Shown: positions 19,406 to 27,983 of the stretch, piece by piece
How positions within the stretch are numbered: the stretch's first letter is position 1
How the letters are laid out: each line of letters opens with the position of its first letter
Assembly (NCBI RefSeq): GCF_008000775.2
Contig: NZ_CP042905.2
Location: forward strand, 1,800,001 to 1,832,000
DNA: 32,000 nucleotides
Origin: Promethearchaeum syntrophicum
GTDB taxonomy: Archaea > Asgardarchaeota > Lokiarchaeia > Sigyniarchaeales > Promethearchaeaceae
Direction of reading: 5' to 3'
The notes under the pieces: generated by a model
The model's database searches: none
What the model was told of the DNA's origin: nothing
Seen by the model: the letters and a program-made list of their open reading frames with translations, nothing else
Position numbers and translations under genes: made by a program

Positions 19406-20740
19406 ATGATAAATGAATTAAATGAATTTCGCTTGAAATTTAAAGAACAATGGTGGTGCGTTAGCGCCTTTACTGACCTAGATAATGAAAATTTGACTGA
19501 TGAGATTGAAAAATTGAACAAGTATACAAAAAATCAACTTAGTTCTTTTAAAGAATCAGATATTAACCCAAGATTCGTGCCGGATGCAAATGATCGACAA
19601 AAAATTGCGTTTTTATCCCAAAACCTCCAAATTGAGCTAACTTGGGATAATTATATTGACAATTTCAATTTTAAAACTGATAATTACACCTACGATAAAT
19701 TAGGTTATTTATTATTTCGCATTCGGCTCAAAGATAATTCAAGTGTAAATATTTTCGATGTTAGACCTAATTATCTGCAGCAAATTATTTTCCATGTATG
19801 GTTTGGATTAACTAAGAAATTCCAATTTGAATTTAAATTCGATGATTCAACTCCTCCCTACATTGTATCTGTTTGCTCTGGAACTAATAATAATTCTGTA
19901 ATTGAATGGAAAAAGGAAAATATTCATAAATATAAATCGGAATTAGGTCAGTGGATCCAATTATATTCTGGACAGTTTCCCGATTATAGAGATGAATTAT
20001 ATGAAAGACGAATTGAAGTCGATCTATCAAATCGAACATCCGAAATGCATTTTATAAATCGTAATTCTGGTTTAATATATATGGAACCTGATAATTATAA
20101 GCGATTTTTTATCAAAGATAAAGATTCTCCTGATTCTAGCGGATATATGCATAATACGGTTGTTAGAACCATTATTCAAATCCGTTCTATCGCTTTTGCA
20201 ATGATAGTTGTTAGCAATGAAGTTGATAAAGACACCGGACAATTAGGTTCAGATGAATTTATGGCTAAAAAATCAAAAGAAATAAAAGATAATCTAGAAA
20301 AAACTAATAAACTAAAATTAATTCTGCAAAAAACGCTTTCTCCATTCTTTTCAGATTTGACCCGTTCTCATCGACAACATTATCATGCTGTACTTAAACG
20401 TTGCGTCGAAATTAATGAAATTGAGAAAAATTGGAAACTTATCCTCGAAAAAATTGATTCAAATACTCAAGAAATGAATTCAATCTTTTTAGATAAACAA
20501 GAAGAAGCATCTGACCGACAGGAAAAAATTCTTAACATGGTCAATATCATATTAGGTGCAGGAATTGTATTTGATATTATAGGATTTATTATTTCTGAAG
20601 AAAGTGTCCAAAAATTAATAGTTCAAATCATCGGTGGGGGATTATTATTGTTTCTTGTAGTATTATTCCTGAAATTATATGGTCCAAAAAGAAAGAAAAA
20701 AACGAAAAAAAAGGAATCTGAAAAGGGAGAAGAAGATTAA
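19406..20740 (+). CDS. Uncharacterised protein with large soluble N-terminal region, coiled-coil linker and two C-terminal TM helices; putative partner of SIR2 protein
   Basis: 444 aa; TM1 NMVNIILGAGIVFDIIGFII, TM2 LIVQIIGGGLLLFLVVLFLKLY, Lys-rich tail; immediately upstream of the SIR2 gene with a 15-nt gap. Confidence 0.8.
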   Translation: MINELNEFRLKFKEQWWCVSAFTDLDNENLTDEIEKLNKYTKNQLSSFKESDINPRFVPDANDRQKIAFLSQNLQIELTWDNYIDNFNFKTDNYTYDKLGYLLFRIRLKDNSSVNIFDVRPNYLQQIIFHVWFGLTKKFQFEFKFDDSTPPYIVSVCSGTNNNSVIEWKKENIHKYKSELGQWIQLYSGQFPDYRDELYERRIEVDLSNRTSEMHFINRNSGLIYMEPDNYKRFFIKDKDSPDSSGYMHNTVVRTIIQIRSIAFAMIVVSNEVDKDTGQLGSDEFMAKKSKEIKDNLEKTNKLKLILQKTLSPFFSDLTRSHRQHYHAVLKRCVEINEIEKNWKLILEKIDSNTQEMNSIFLDKQEEASDRQEKILNMVNIILGAGIVFDIIGFIISEESVQKLIVQIIGGGLLLFLVVLFLKLYGPKRKKKTKKKESEKGEED

Positions 20741-20755
20741 AGGGAGATAATTTAA

Positions 20756-23578
20756 TTGGCAATTGAAATCAATAAAACTCCAAAACCTTTAACTGAAATT
20801 CTTTCAGAATTACACGGTGAAGGTTTTATCATATATGCCGGAGCGGGGATATCTATTCCTGCCCCAACATGTGCACCATCTTGGTGGACTCTAACCGAAG
20901 AAATTCTCTCTGCTTTTTTTAAACGCGTTCCAGATGAATATGGATTACCTGGAGATATGATAATTAAAAGCGAAATTTGGCAACCTGAGATTATTTTTGA
21001 AAGTTTTGCAAAATTATTTGACGAATACCTCTATAAAGTTTTTCCTGTACTTGATGTTGCTCAATCAAACGGAAATCATCGAATTATTGCTCAACTAGCT
21101 AAACTTGGCGTTTTAAAAGCCGTTTTTACAACGAATTTTGATATTTATATAGAAAAAGCACTCCGCGATGAAGGTGTAGAATTTGAAGTTATAATTGATA
21201 ATGATCAATATGATGAACTTTATAATCAATTAAGCTCCCAAGGTTTTGGTTCCAAATTTCTCCTTTGTAAAATTCATGGAACCACAGAACGCCCAGATAC
21301 TATTGTAAGTGTTGCGTCTGCCTATAAAAGTTCAAAAGGATTTTCTCCACCAAAATCTCAAGTCCTTCAATGGTTAATGAAACGTTATCCAACTTTGTTT
21401 TTGGGATATTCTGGTTGGGATTTTGAACATAACAATTATCGAAAATTTTGGGATCGCACGGGACCGACTTTAAAACATATTTATTGGAATCGACGTCCGG
21501 GAGAAACTGGAGGGCCAAATTTCGATACGATTTTTAGTTCATGCAAGAATAAATTCGATTTCTGTGAATCCGATCTTCCAAGTGGATGGCTTAATGCTTT
21601 AAAACAGAACGTATCTTTGGGATTTGAAGAAATTGAAAATCAAATTTCAACAATTGAAGATCTATCGAATCAAATAAAGGATAAAAGACAAGAATTTCTT
21701 AATAATTGGGCAATGGCTATCTCCGAAGCCTCTACTCTTGCTGCGGTTATAACTGAAGGAATTCATTTCTCTGCAGCATTTCGGACTAAATTAGAGCAAA
21801 CCAAACAACAACAAGCAGCTCAGGTTCAAGTTTCTCCTGAGAAAATGGCAGAGCTTCAAAGAAAAAATCAAGAAGTTACTGCTAAATTACAAAATCCTTC
21901 CTTAACAGCAGATGAGAGAGCAACCATCATGCAAGAAATGTTCTATACCCAAATGGAAATGCAGCTTTCTTACATTAAACCAGAAGAAAAAGAGATGATC
22001 AAACACCTTTTCATCGAAAATCGATATCCTGGAATTACCGATAGTCAAATTTATAGACCCCAATTTTTAGGAAAAATAACTCCTTGTCTGGGACGCTTCT
22101 CAGCTGCTGAAGCTATCGATATCGCTCTTGATTTTATTAATCGGGATATAGAAACACAGAAGAAACAAGCAGAGATGCAAGCTGCAGGTAAATCAACCCA
22201 AGAAGCCTTTGAATTTGCTCAGGCTGAAATGGATGTAAACCGAGCTATTTTTGGTATCATGCAACCCGAAGAAGAAAAATGGAAACCTGCTTATGATGAA
22301 ATGTTAATTTCAAAAGAAAAATTTTTCGCAAAGGAAATAGATAGAGCCGCATTTATGGCGGAATTGGCGGGAATTTGTGAAAAAGCCGTTAAAAAAGATA
22401 TGGGTTTGGAAATTCCAGTAATGGATTTACTATCAAAATTAGTTCAAAATACTGCATCTGCTCCAACTCCAGAAGAATTTAATGAACGATGCCAAGCTTT
22501 ATTTCTTGCGGTGACAATGGCTGCTGCAAATTTTAACTCTCATTTGATGAAAACTGCCGAATCTAATGCTTTAGTAAAAGCTATGATGGGAGGAGTCACA
22601 AACGCTCCAAGTGTACCTGATCCTGCAATGATTCAACAATCTCAACAAGCTATGGCCGCTAAAGCTAAAGAATTAATGGCTCTTATGCAAAGCGGGGAAA
22701 TTGATGGGACTGAATACGGTAAACGCATGCAAATTTTCGTTGCTGAAAATCAAAAACGATTTCAACCGAAACCAATTGAAGGAAAAGGATCAGATGGTCG
22801 TGTTTTAGTCCCTCTTGAAATATTATCGGCATATGATAACAAAATCAGGGAACTATTTGGCCCCGCTTTTGATGCAGAAGCTCGATTTGAGGGTGATAAA
22901 ATATCACACGCTGAAATACTCCTCGAAATGTGTGTTTTGAGCCTATGGTTAACAATTGCTCAGGCAGGAGATGCAGAAAGTGGTCAGAAATTTCAAGTAC
23001 TCATGGCTCGCGGTGACTTCCCAATTACCTCGGGAAATGCTTCCGTTATATCATTTTTAATGGAGAAGAATAAAAATTGGATCGAAAAAGCAATGAATGA
23101 ATTACCCGCTCGATTCGGTCAACAACTCTGTACAAATCTTGTAACTGTTTCTAAATTAACGGATGATATTGAATTATGTAAACGCGCAACTCTTAAAAGC
23201 CTTGAATACACGGATGGAAAAATTAATGAATCCAATGCTTATGAGGTTCCATATACTCTAGCTCAATTCTATGAAAATCGTGGTGATGAAATTAATGCTT
23301 TAAAATATTGGAATCTCGCGCTTGATGGAGTAAGAACTTCCGTCCCTCCTGCATTCACTGATGTTATTCTATACCATACTGCCAAATTAACAGCAAAAAA
23401 TGGAGATAAACAAGTTGCTCTAAAAATGATAGGGAAATTACACCCGAATTATTTGGGAAATGAGCCACCATTTAAAACTCCCGCTCGTGATATGTCCCTG
23501 CAGCTAGCACAAAATTTGGCCCAAGAGCTTGGATATTCCACTGTAGAATCCGCTTTACAAGCATTATTGGAGCAGTAA
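20756..23578 (+). CDS. SIR2-family NAD-binding domain protein with large helical/TPR-like C-terminal region (940 aa, TTG start, SD-like AGGGAG upstream)
   Basis: GFIIYAGAGISIPAPTCAPSWWTLTEEIL, AVFTTNFDIYIEKAL, LLCKIHGTTERPDTIV, PTLFLGYSGWDFEHNNYRKF match SIR2-family Rossmann motifs seen in defence nucleases/NADases. Confidence 0.88.
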   Translation: MAIEINKTPKPLTEILSELHGEGFIIYAGAGISIPAPTCAPSWWTLTEEILSAFFKRVPDEYGLPGDMIIKSEIWQPEIIFESFAKLFDEYLYKVFPVLDVAQSNGNHRIIAQLAKLGVLKAVFTTNFDIYIEKALRDEGVEFEVIIDNDQYDELYNQLSSQGFGSKFLLCKIHGTTERPDTIVSVASAYKSSKGFSPPKSQVLQWLMKRYPTLFLGYSGWDFEHNNYRKFWDRTGPTLKHIYWNRRPGETGGPNFDTIFSSCKNKFDFCESDLPSGWLNALKQNVSLGFEEIENQISTIEDLSNQIKDKRQEFLNNWAMAISEASTLAAVITEGIHFSAAFRTKLEQTKQQQAAQVQVSPEKMAELQRKNQEVTAKLQNPSLTADERATIMQEMFYTQMEMQLSYIKPEEKEMIKHLFIENRYPGITDSQIYRPQFLGKITPCLGRFSAAEAIDIALDFINRDIETQKKQAEMQAAGKSTQEAFEFAQAEMDVNRAIFGIMQPEEEKWKPAYDEMLISKEKFFAKEIDRAAFMAELAGICEKAVKKDMGLEIPVMDLLSKLVQNTASAPTPEEFNERCQALFLAVTMAAANFNSHLMKTAESNALVKAMMGGVTNAPSVPDPAMIQQSQQAMAAKAKELMALMQSGEIDGTEYGKRMQIFVAENQKRFQPKPIEGKGSDGRVLVPLEILSAYDNKIRELFGPAFDAEARFEGDKISHAEILLEMCVLSLWLTIAQAGDAESGQKFQVLMARGDFPITSGNASVISFLMEKNKNWIEKAMNELPARFGQQLCTNLVTVSKLTDDIELCKRATLKSLEYTDGKINESNAYEVPYTLAQFYENRGDEINALKYWNLALDGVRTSVPPAFTDVILYHTAKLTAKNGDKQVALKMIGKLHPNYLGNEPPFKTPARDMSLQLAQNLAQELGYSTVESALQALLEQ

Positions 23579-23717
23579 GAGCGAATAATCCAAAATCCAA
23601 TCTTTTTTAAATTTTTTATTTATTTTTTCCTCGCAAATATAAATTTAGAAATGAATTTTTATTATAAATTTGTATAGATATTTTTATGAGTATTTTCTAT
23701 ATTAATTAGTGAAAAAT

Positions 23718-23915
23718 ATGAGTGATGGATCGAACATTAAACAAATGGTGGTTGATTTAATCCGAAACCTACCTAATGATGTCACCCTTGAAGATATTCA
23801 GTATCATTTATTTGTAAAGCAAAAAATACAAAAAGCAGAACATCAAATTGAAGCTGGTGAGATAATCCCTCATAAAGACGTTATGGAGAATTTAAAAAAG
23901 AAATGGTTTCCATAG
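23718..23915 (+). CDS. Antitoxin of RelE/ParE-type TA pair (ORF open from GTG at 23709)
   Basis: Short ORF (IEAGEIIPHKDVMENLKKKW tail typical of RelB/YefM-like/DUF2281-like short antitoxins) overlapping the toxin ORF by 13 nt. Confidence 0.75.
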   Translation: MSDGSNIKQMVVDLIRNLPNDVTLEDIQYHLFVKQKIQKAEHQIEAGEIIPHKDVMENLKKKWFP

Positions 23916-24193
23916 AGTGGACACAAGAGGCTAATTTTGATTTTAATGAAATTTTGGCATACTTGTCAAATGCTTCTCCACAATACGCACATGCTCTTTT
24001 TGAAAAAGTGAAGGATGCTTTAGTGAATTTGAAAAAATTTCCTAAATTAGGTCGAAAAGTTCCTGAATCAGATAATGAAAACGATAGAGAATTAATTATT
24101 CAAAAATATCGATTGATTTACCGCTTTGTTGAAGATGTTGATAAAATATTTGTCCTAATGATAATCCATGGTAGTCGAATTCTAAACTTCTAA
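23903..24193 (+). CDS. RelE/ParE-family toxin
   Basis: VSIEWTQEANFDFNEILAYLSNASPQYAHALFEKVKDALVNLKKFPKLGRKVPE...RELIIQKYRLIYRFVEDVDKIFVLMIIHGSRIL; canonical ParE/RelE layout. Confidence 0.88.
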   Translation: MVSIEWTQEANFDFNEILAYLSNASPQYAHALFEKVKDALVNLKKFPKLGRKVPESDNENDRELIIQKYRLIYRFVEDVDKIFVLMIIHGSRILNF

Positions 24194-24200
24194 ATTTTTT

Positions 24201-24767
24201 TTATATCCTTTTTCTAGCAATTAAAAATAGTGAGTCATCAGGTTCCATTTCTTTGTAGGTTTCCATTTTAATAATATCAAAACTACCTTCAAACAATATA
24301 CGGAGTTGTTCCTCAGTATAATATATGAAAAGAAGCCCATCAAAGTTTTCTTCCCTATCACCATGCCAAAAAGCATGACAAATTATTCCCTCTGGCTCTA
24401 AAATCTCTGCTTGTCGTTTTATAGATTGTTTAAGGTCTTCACGGGTTAGATGCATTAAAACCTTATTAGAATATAATCCTTGAAATTTACGATTGGTTTT
24501 TAAAGTTATTGCATCCAAAACGAGTAAATCTTCATCCGGATTTTGCTTTTGATATCGATCTATAAAGATTTTGGAATAATCAGAGCCAGTAACTTTGTAA
24601 TGTTTTTTCAACAATGTTAGGTCCACTCCTGGACCCATCCCGATTTCAAGAATTGATGAACTTTCAGGTAAATGCTTCTGTAATTCCGCAATTAACTCTC
24701 GCCCATCATATCCTTCCGCCATTTTAATATATTCCTTAACATTTTTTTCTTGATGAAAGAACCCCAT
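24201..24767 (-). CDS. SAM-dependent class I methyltransferase
   Basis: SSILEIGMGPGVDLTLLKKHYKVTGSDYSKIFIDRYQ, LLVLDAITLK, GIICHAFWHGD. Confidence 0.85.
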   Translation of the reverse strand: MGFFHQEKNVKEYIKMAEGYDGRELIAELQKHLPESSSILEIGMGPGVDLTLLKKHYKVTGSDYSKIFIDRYQKQNPDEDLLVLDAITLKTNRKFQGLYSNKVLMHLTREDLKQSIKRQAEILEPEGIICHAFWHGDREENFDGLLFIYYTEEQLRILFEGSFDIIKMETYKEMEPDDSLFLIARKRI

Positions 24768-24982
24768 TTAAAATCATTCCTCATCATTCATACTTTTTTT
24801 AAAATTAAAACAGTTCTCATTATAAAAATTTTTTTTCCTTTTTTCATTTCATCCAACTTTATCTGCCCCATTTTATCTCATTTTTCAGATATTTAATCTA
24901 AGTTATTTTCTCTAAACTAAAACATTTAAGGAAAATAAGAATATATTATATTAATTCTAAAAAAAATCCTTACTGAAAAATC

Positions 24983-25600
24983 ATGCCAAGCAGAAGAGCA
25001 GATAATACATTAGTGTTTAAAGTAGTGTTCTGGGGTCCCTCAATGGGCGGTAAAACGTGTGCATTGGAGTGGATATATCAGAAAGAGGGTCTTGCTAGCG
25101 GTAAACTTCAATCTATAACAGATCCTACAGGGCGGACTCTTTTCTTCGATAGAGTTGTTGCAAAAGTGTCTAATGTTGTATTTCAAACTTACACTGTAGC
25201 AGGTCAACGTAGGCATAAATATCAAAGAAAAACCGTTTTGAAAGGTAGCGATGCATTAGTATTCGTTTGGGATTCTTCATCCGATCAGTGGGAAGAAAAC
25301 ATCTTTTCTCTAAAGGAATTATTGAACTTTTATGGCCCTAAAGTTATGCCTGGTGCTGATGGTAATACTGAAGTTCCACTCGTTCTGATGGCTAACAAGA
25401 GAGATTTACCTAATCCGACCCCTATTGATAAGATTAGAGAAGTTTTGAACGCTGCGAAACTGAGTAATGTTTTAATATATGAAACGATAGCAATTACAGG
25501 CGTTAATGTGAAGCGAGCATTTGTGTTTTCTGCACGTGAAGCTGTTTTAAGACATTACATGCGTTTACAATCAGGTGCCACGGTCCCGAAAGCAGAATAA
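24983..25600 (+). CDS. MglA-like Ras-superfamily small GTPase
   Basis: G1 FWGPSMGGKT, G3-equivalent YTVAGQRRHKY (TVxGQ as in MglA), G4 LMANKRDLP, YETIAITGVNVKRAF. Confidence 0.9.
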   Translation: MPSRRADNTLVFKVVFWGPSMGGKTCALEWIYQKEGLASGKLQSITDPTGRTLFFDRVVAKVSNVVFQTYTVAGQRRHKYQRKTVLKGSDALVFVWDSSSDQWEENIFSLKELLNFYGPKVMPGADGNTEVPLVLMANKRDLPNPTPIDKIREVLNAAKLSNVLIYETIAITGVNVKRAFVFSAREAVLRHYMRLQSGATVPKAE

Positions 25601-25732
25601 TCTTTTTTTCCCTAACATTTCTTTTTTTCCATTTCGTAATTGGAAAATTTCAATCATTTATTAATTAATAAATTAATTAATTACGATTTTTTATATATTC
25701 ATGATTCTTTATTAGAAATGGGACTATTTATC

Positions 25733-25909
25733 ATGCAAACTTTAAAGGAAAGCGTAATTAGATTCTTGAAAAACCAATCAGATGATGTTAATGCAGAGGA
25801 CATAATCGAATTTGTGATCATGAATCAGAAACTCGCTGAAGGAGAAAAAGATCTACAAGAGGGGCGAATTTATACGCATGACCAAGCAAAAGAGATTTTG
25901 AAAAGATAG
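25733..25909 (+). CDS. Antitoxin-like protein, homologous to the one at 23.7 kb (ORF open from 25640)
   Basis: VIRFLKNQSDDVNAEDIIEFVIMNQKLAEGEKDLQEGRIYTHDQAKEILKR aligns with LIRNLPNDVTLEDIQYHLFVKQKIQKAEHQIEAGEIIPHKDVMENLKKKW. Confidence 0.7.
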   Translation: MQTLKESVIRFLKNQSDDVNAEDIIEFVIMNQKLAEGEKDLQEGRIYTHDQAKEILKR

Positions 25910-25920
25910 GAACAATAATA

Positions 25921-26190
25921 TGGACTGAATCTTCTTTAGAAGATTTGAAAGAAATTAAAAGCTTTATCTCCCATGATTCAAAGAAATTTGCGAATTAATT
26001 TATTGATAGACTATTTCAAACAACTGAAATTTTAGCGAAATTTCCTAAAATCGGAAAAAAAATTAAATCTATTCAGAATTCCGAATATAGAATGATTGTT
26101 TTTAAAAAATATCGAATTATATATAAAGAAATTGAAGAGAAGGTAAAAATTATAAGAGTCCTTCAAGCAAACAGAATGATGGATATATAA
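25921..26190 (+). pseudogene. Degenerate RelE/ParE-family toxin with in-frame TAA and no canonical start
   Basis: In-frame translation WTESSLEDLKEIKSFISHDSKKFAN*FIDRLFQTTEILAKFPKIGKKIKSIQNSEYRMIVFKKYRIIYKEIEEKVKIIRVLQANRMMDI*; stop at 25993-25995; no ATG/GTG/TTG between the upstream in-frame TGA (25879) and the WTESS block. Confidence 0.85.
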
Positions 26191-26227
26191 AAAATATTTC
26201 AGTAACATATTAGCATTTTTTTTTGGT

Positions 26228-26419
26228 TCATCGAATCTCTTTAACTCGACCTATTTTTCCTGAGGTTAATCGCACTTTAATTCCATGAGGATGTTGTGCA
26301 GAATTAGTTAATAAATCTTTCACAATTCCAGTAGTTAATTCCCCGTTACGTTGATTTTGCTTCTCGACAATTGATACGGATAATCCGGGTTTTATGTTTT
26401 TTCTAAAATTTCCTTGCAT
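26228..26419 (-). CDS. ywbE: YwbE family protein (DUF2196)
   Basis: 63 aa; IKPGLSVSIVEKQNQRNGELTTGIVKDLLTNSAQHPHGIKVRLTSGKIGRVKEI is the YwbE pattern. Confidence 0.9.
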   Translation of the reverse strand: MQGNFRKNIKPGLSVSIVEKQNQRNGELTTGIVKDLLTNSAQHPHGIKVRLTSGKIGRVKEIR

Positions 26420-26701
26420 ATGAAAAAATATAACTCCCTATAATGTTAATTTTTTGATGAGATCCTATTATTGAATATTTAAATTAATTCCTTAAACAAT
26501 GAAGAGAAATTAAAGAATTGAATAACAAAAACCATATGGTTCATATGGAAGAATGAAAAACCCTTATTTTACATAATGATGATGGATTAAATTCATATGA
26601 TTTTTTTCACCTATTATAATTAGGTTAATCGGAAATTGAAGAAGTTTCCAGAGAAAATTTTCCGAATAACCCTTTACTATAAAAAAAAGAGGAAAAAAAA
26701 A

Positions 26702-27946
26702 ATGCAATTAGTGATATTACAAGATATTGACCCCGGAACTATAATCGGAGCAATATTTATTGGATTGGCATTGATCATTGCTTCAGGGGTATTTTTTTAT
26801 TTCAAAAATATGATTGTGGTGCCATTTAACGAAATTCATGTTATATCGAGTGGAACTAAGACAAAAACATTTGATGGAAAAGGAAGGTATTGTTTTATAA
26901 AATTTCTCATGAGTAAAACAATAATTCCAAAGCATGTCCTTGACATCGAACCGGGATTATTAGATCTCCTTGATTGCGACAATCTTCCATTCGGTGTGGA
27001 AATATCTGTCAAAGTACAGGTAACTGACCCTCAAAAAGCAGCGGCTACTTTAACACGAATAGATCATAGTACCGTTGCCAAAGTTGTAGAAGATACTGTA
27101 ATGTCCGCAGCAAGATCCATTGCTATGGAGAGAACAATTCTAGATATTATGAAAAAACGTGAAGAAGTCGAACAACGAGTTTACAGTATGGTAGCAGATG
27201 CCTTGGGCAAGCTTGGATTATCAGCTATAATTTTTGACATCAAAAATATTCGTGATACTGAGGGAAATGATGTAATCACCTCATTGGAACGAGTTAAAAT
27301 TGCAGAATTGCGGAAAAATGCTCAAGTGGCCGAAGCTATTCATAATAAAGAATCCTTCGTTAAAAGTGAACAAATGAAACAAGAACAAGAAACTGCAAGA
27401 TTAATTAAAGAACAAGATATCATTGCTAAGCAAGTCCTTGTTGATCAAGAACGTTTAATCTTAGATAAACAACAATCAACCAAGAAAGCTGAAATCGAAA
27501 AAGAACGTCTAAAAATAATGGCAGAAGCCGAAAAGGAAAAAAATATGATAGATGCTGAAGCAGAAGCAGAAGTGATCAGAGTAAAAGCAGAAGCAGAAGC
27601 AGAAGCAATCAAGTTGAAAGCTATAGCTAATGCAGAAGCTATTTTAAAGAAAGGTATTGCAGAAGCTGAGGTTCTAAAGAAGAAAAATGCTGCTATGGGG
27701 GGTAATTACGCAGCTCAAATAGAATTATCAAAGATTTTAAGTAAAGCTCAAATTGATTCCGCAGGAAAAATTGCTGAAGCCCTGGGAAAAAATAACAAAA
27801 TAATGTATCTTCCAGTAGATGGAGATAACGGGCTACTCTCAAATTTCTTGCCGAAAATCGATGCCTTTTTCCAATCTGGAATACCCACTGATATTATGGG
27901 ACAATTGTCTGGGAAAAAAAATATTAAAAAACTAGCTTCAAAATAA
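26702..27946 (+). CDS. SPFH/Band 7 domain (flotillin-like) protein; start trimmed from 26636
   Basis: N-terminal TM GTIIGAIFIGLALIIASGVFFYF, ISSGTKTKTFDGKGRYC, SPFH core, then long Ala/Glu/Lys coiled coil AEAEAEVIRVKAEAEAEAIKLKAIANAEAI; SD-like AGAGG before ATG at 26702. Confidence 0.9.
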   Translation: MQLVILQDIDPGTIIGAIFIGLALIIASGVFFYFKNMIVVPFNEIHVISSGTKTKTFDGKGRYCFIKFLMSKTIIPKHVLDIEPGLLDLLDCDNLPFGVEISVKVQVTDPQKAAATLTRIDHSTVAKVVEDTVMSAARSIAMERTILDIMKKREEVEQRVYSMVADALGKLGLSAIIFDIKNIRDTEGNDVITSLERVKIAELRKNAQVAEAIHNKESFVKSEQMKQEQETARLIKEQDIIAKQVLVDQERLILDKQQSTKKAEIEKERLKIMAEAEKEKNMIDAEAEAEVIRVKAEAEAEAIKLKAIANAEAILKKGIAEAEVLKKKNAAMGGNYAAQIELSKILSKAQIDSAGKIAEALGKNNKIMYLPVDGDNGLLSNFLPKIDAFFQSGIPTDIMGQLSGKKNIKKLASK

Positions 27947-27983
27947 TACTTTTTTTTTTAAAAATTTTTTTGAGGTGAAGAAA

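Noticed and set aside
24201-24767. Methyltransferase as part of a restriction-modification or BREX-like defence module
   Set aside because: Motifs fit a generic small-molecule class I methyltransferase; no DNA-methyltransferase NPPY/DPPY motif and no endonuclease partner.
25655-25685. Palindromic (aatt)n-rich stretch ttaattaataaattaattaatta
   Set aside because: Simple AT-rich sequence expected by chance in this composition; no spacer-repeat periodicity and not a CRISPR or site-specific element.
25640-25732. Upstream extension of the second antitoxin ORF (MENFNHLLINKLINYDFLYIHDS...)
   Set aside because: AT-rich sequence with AATTAATT repeats, atypical composition; homology with the other antitoxin begins after the ATG at 25733.
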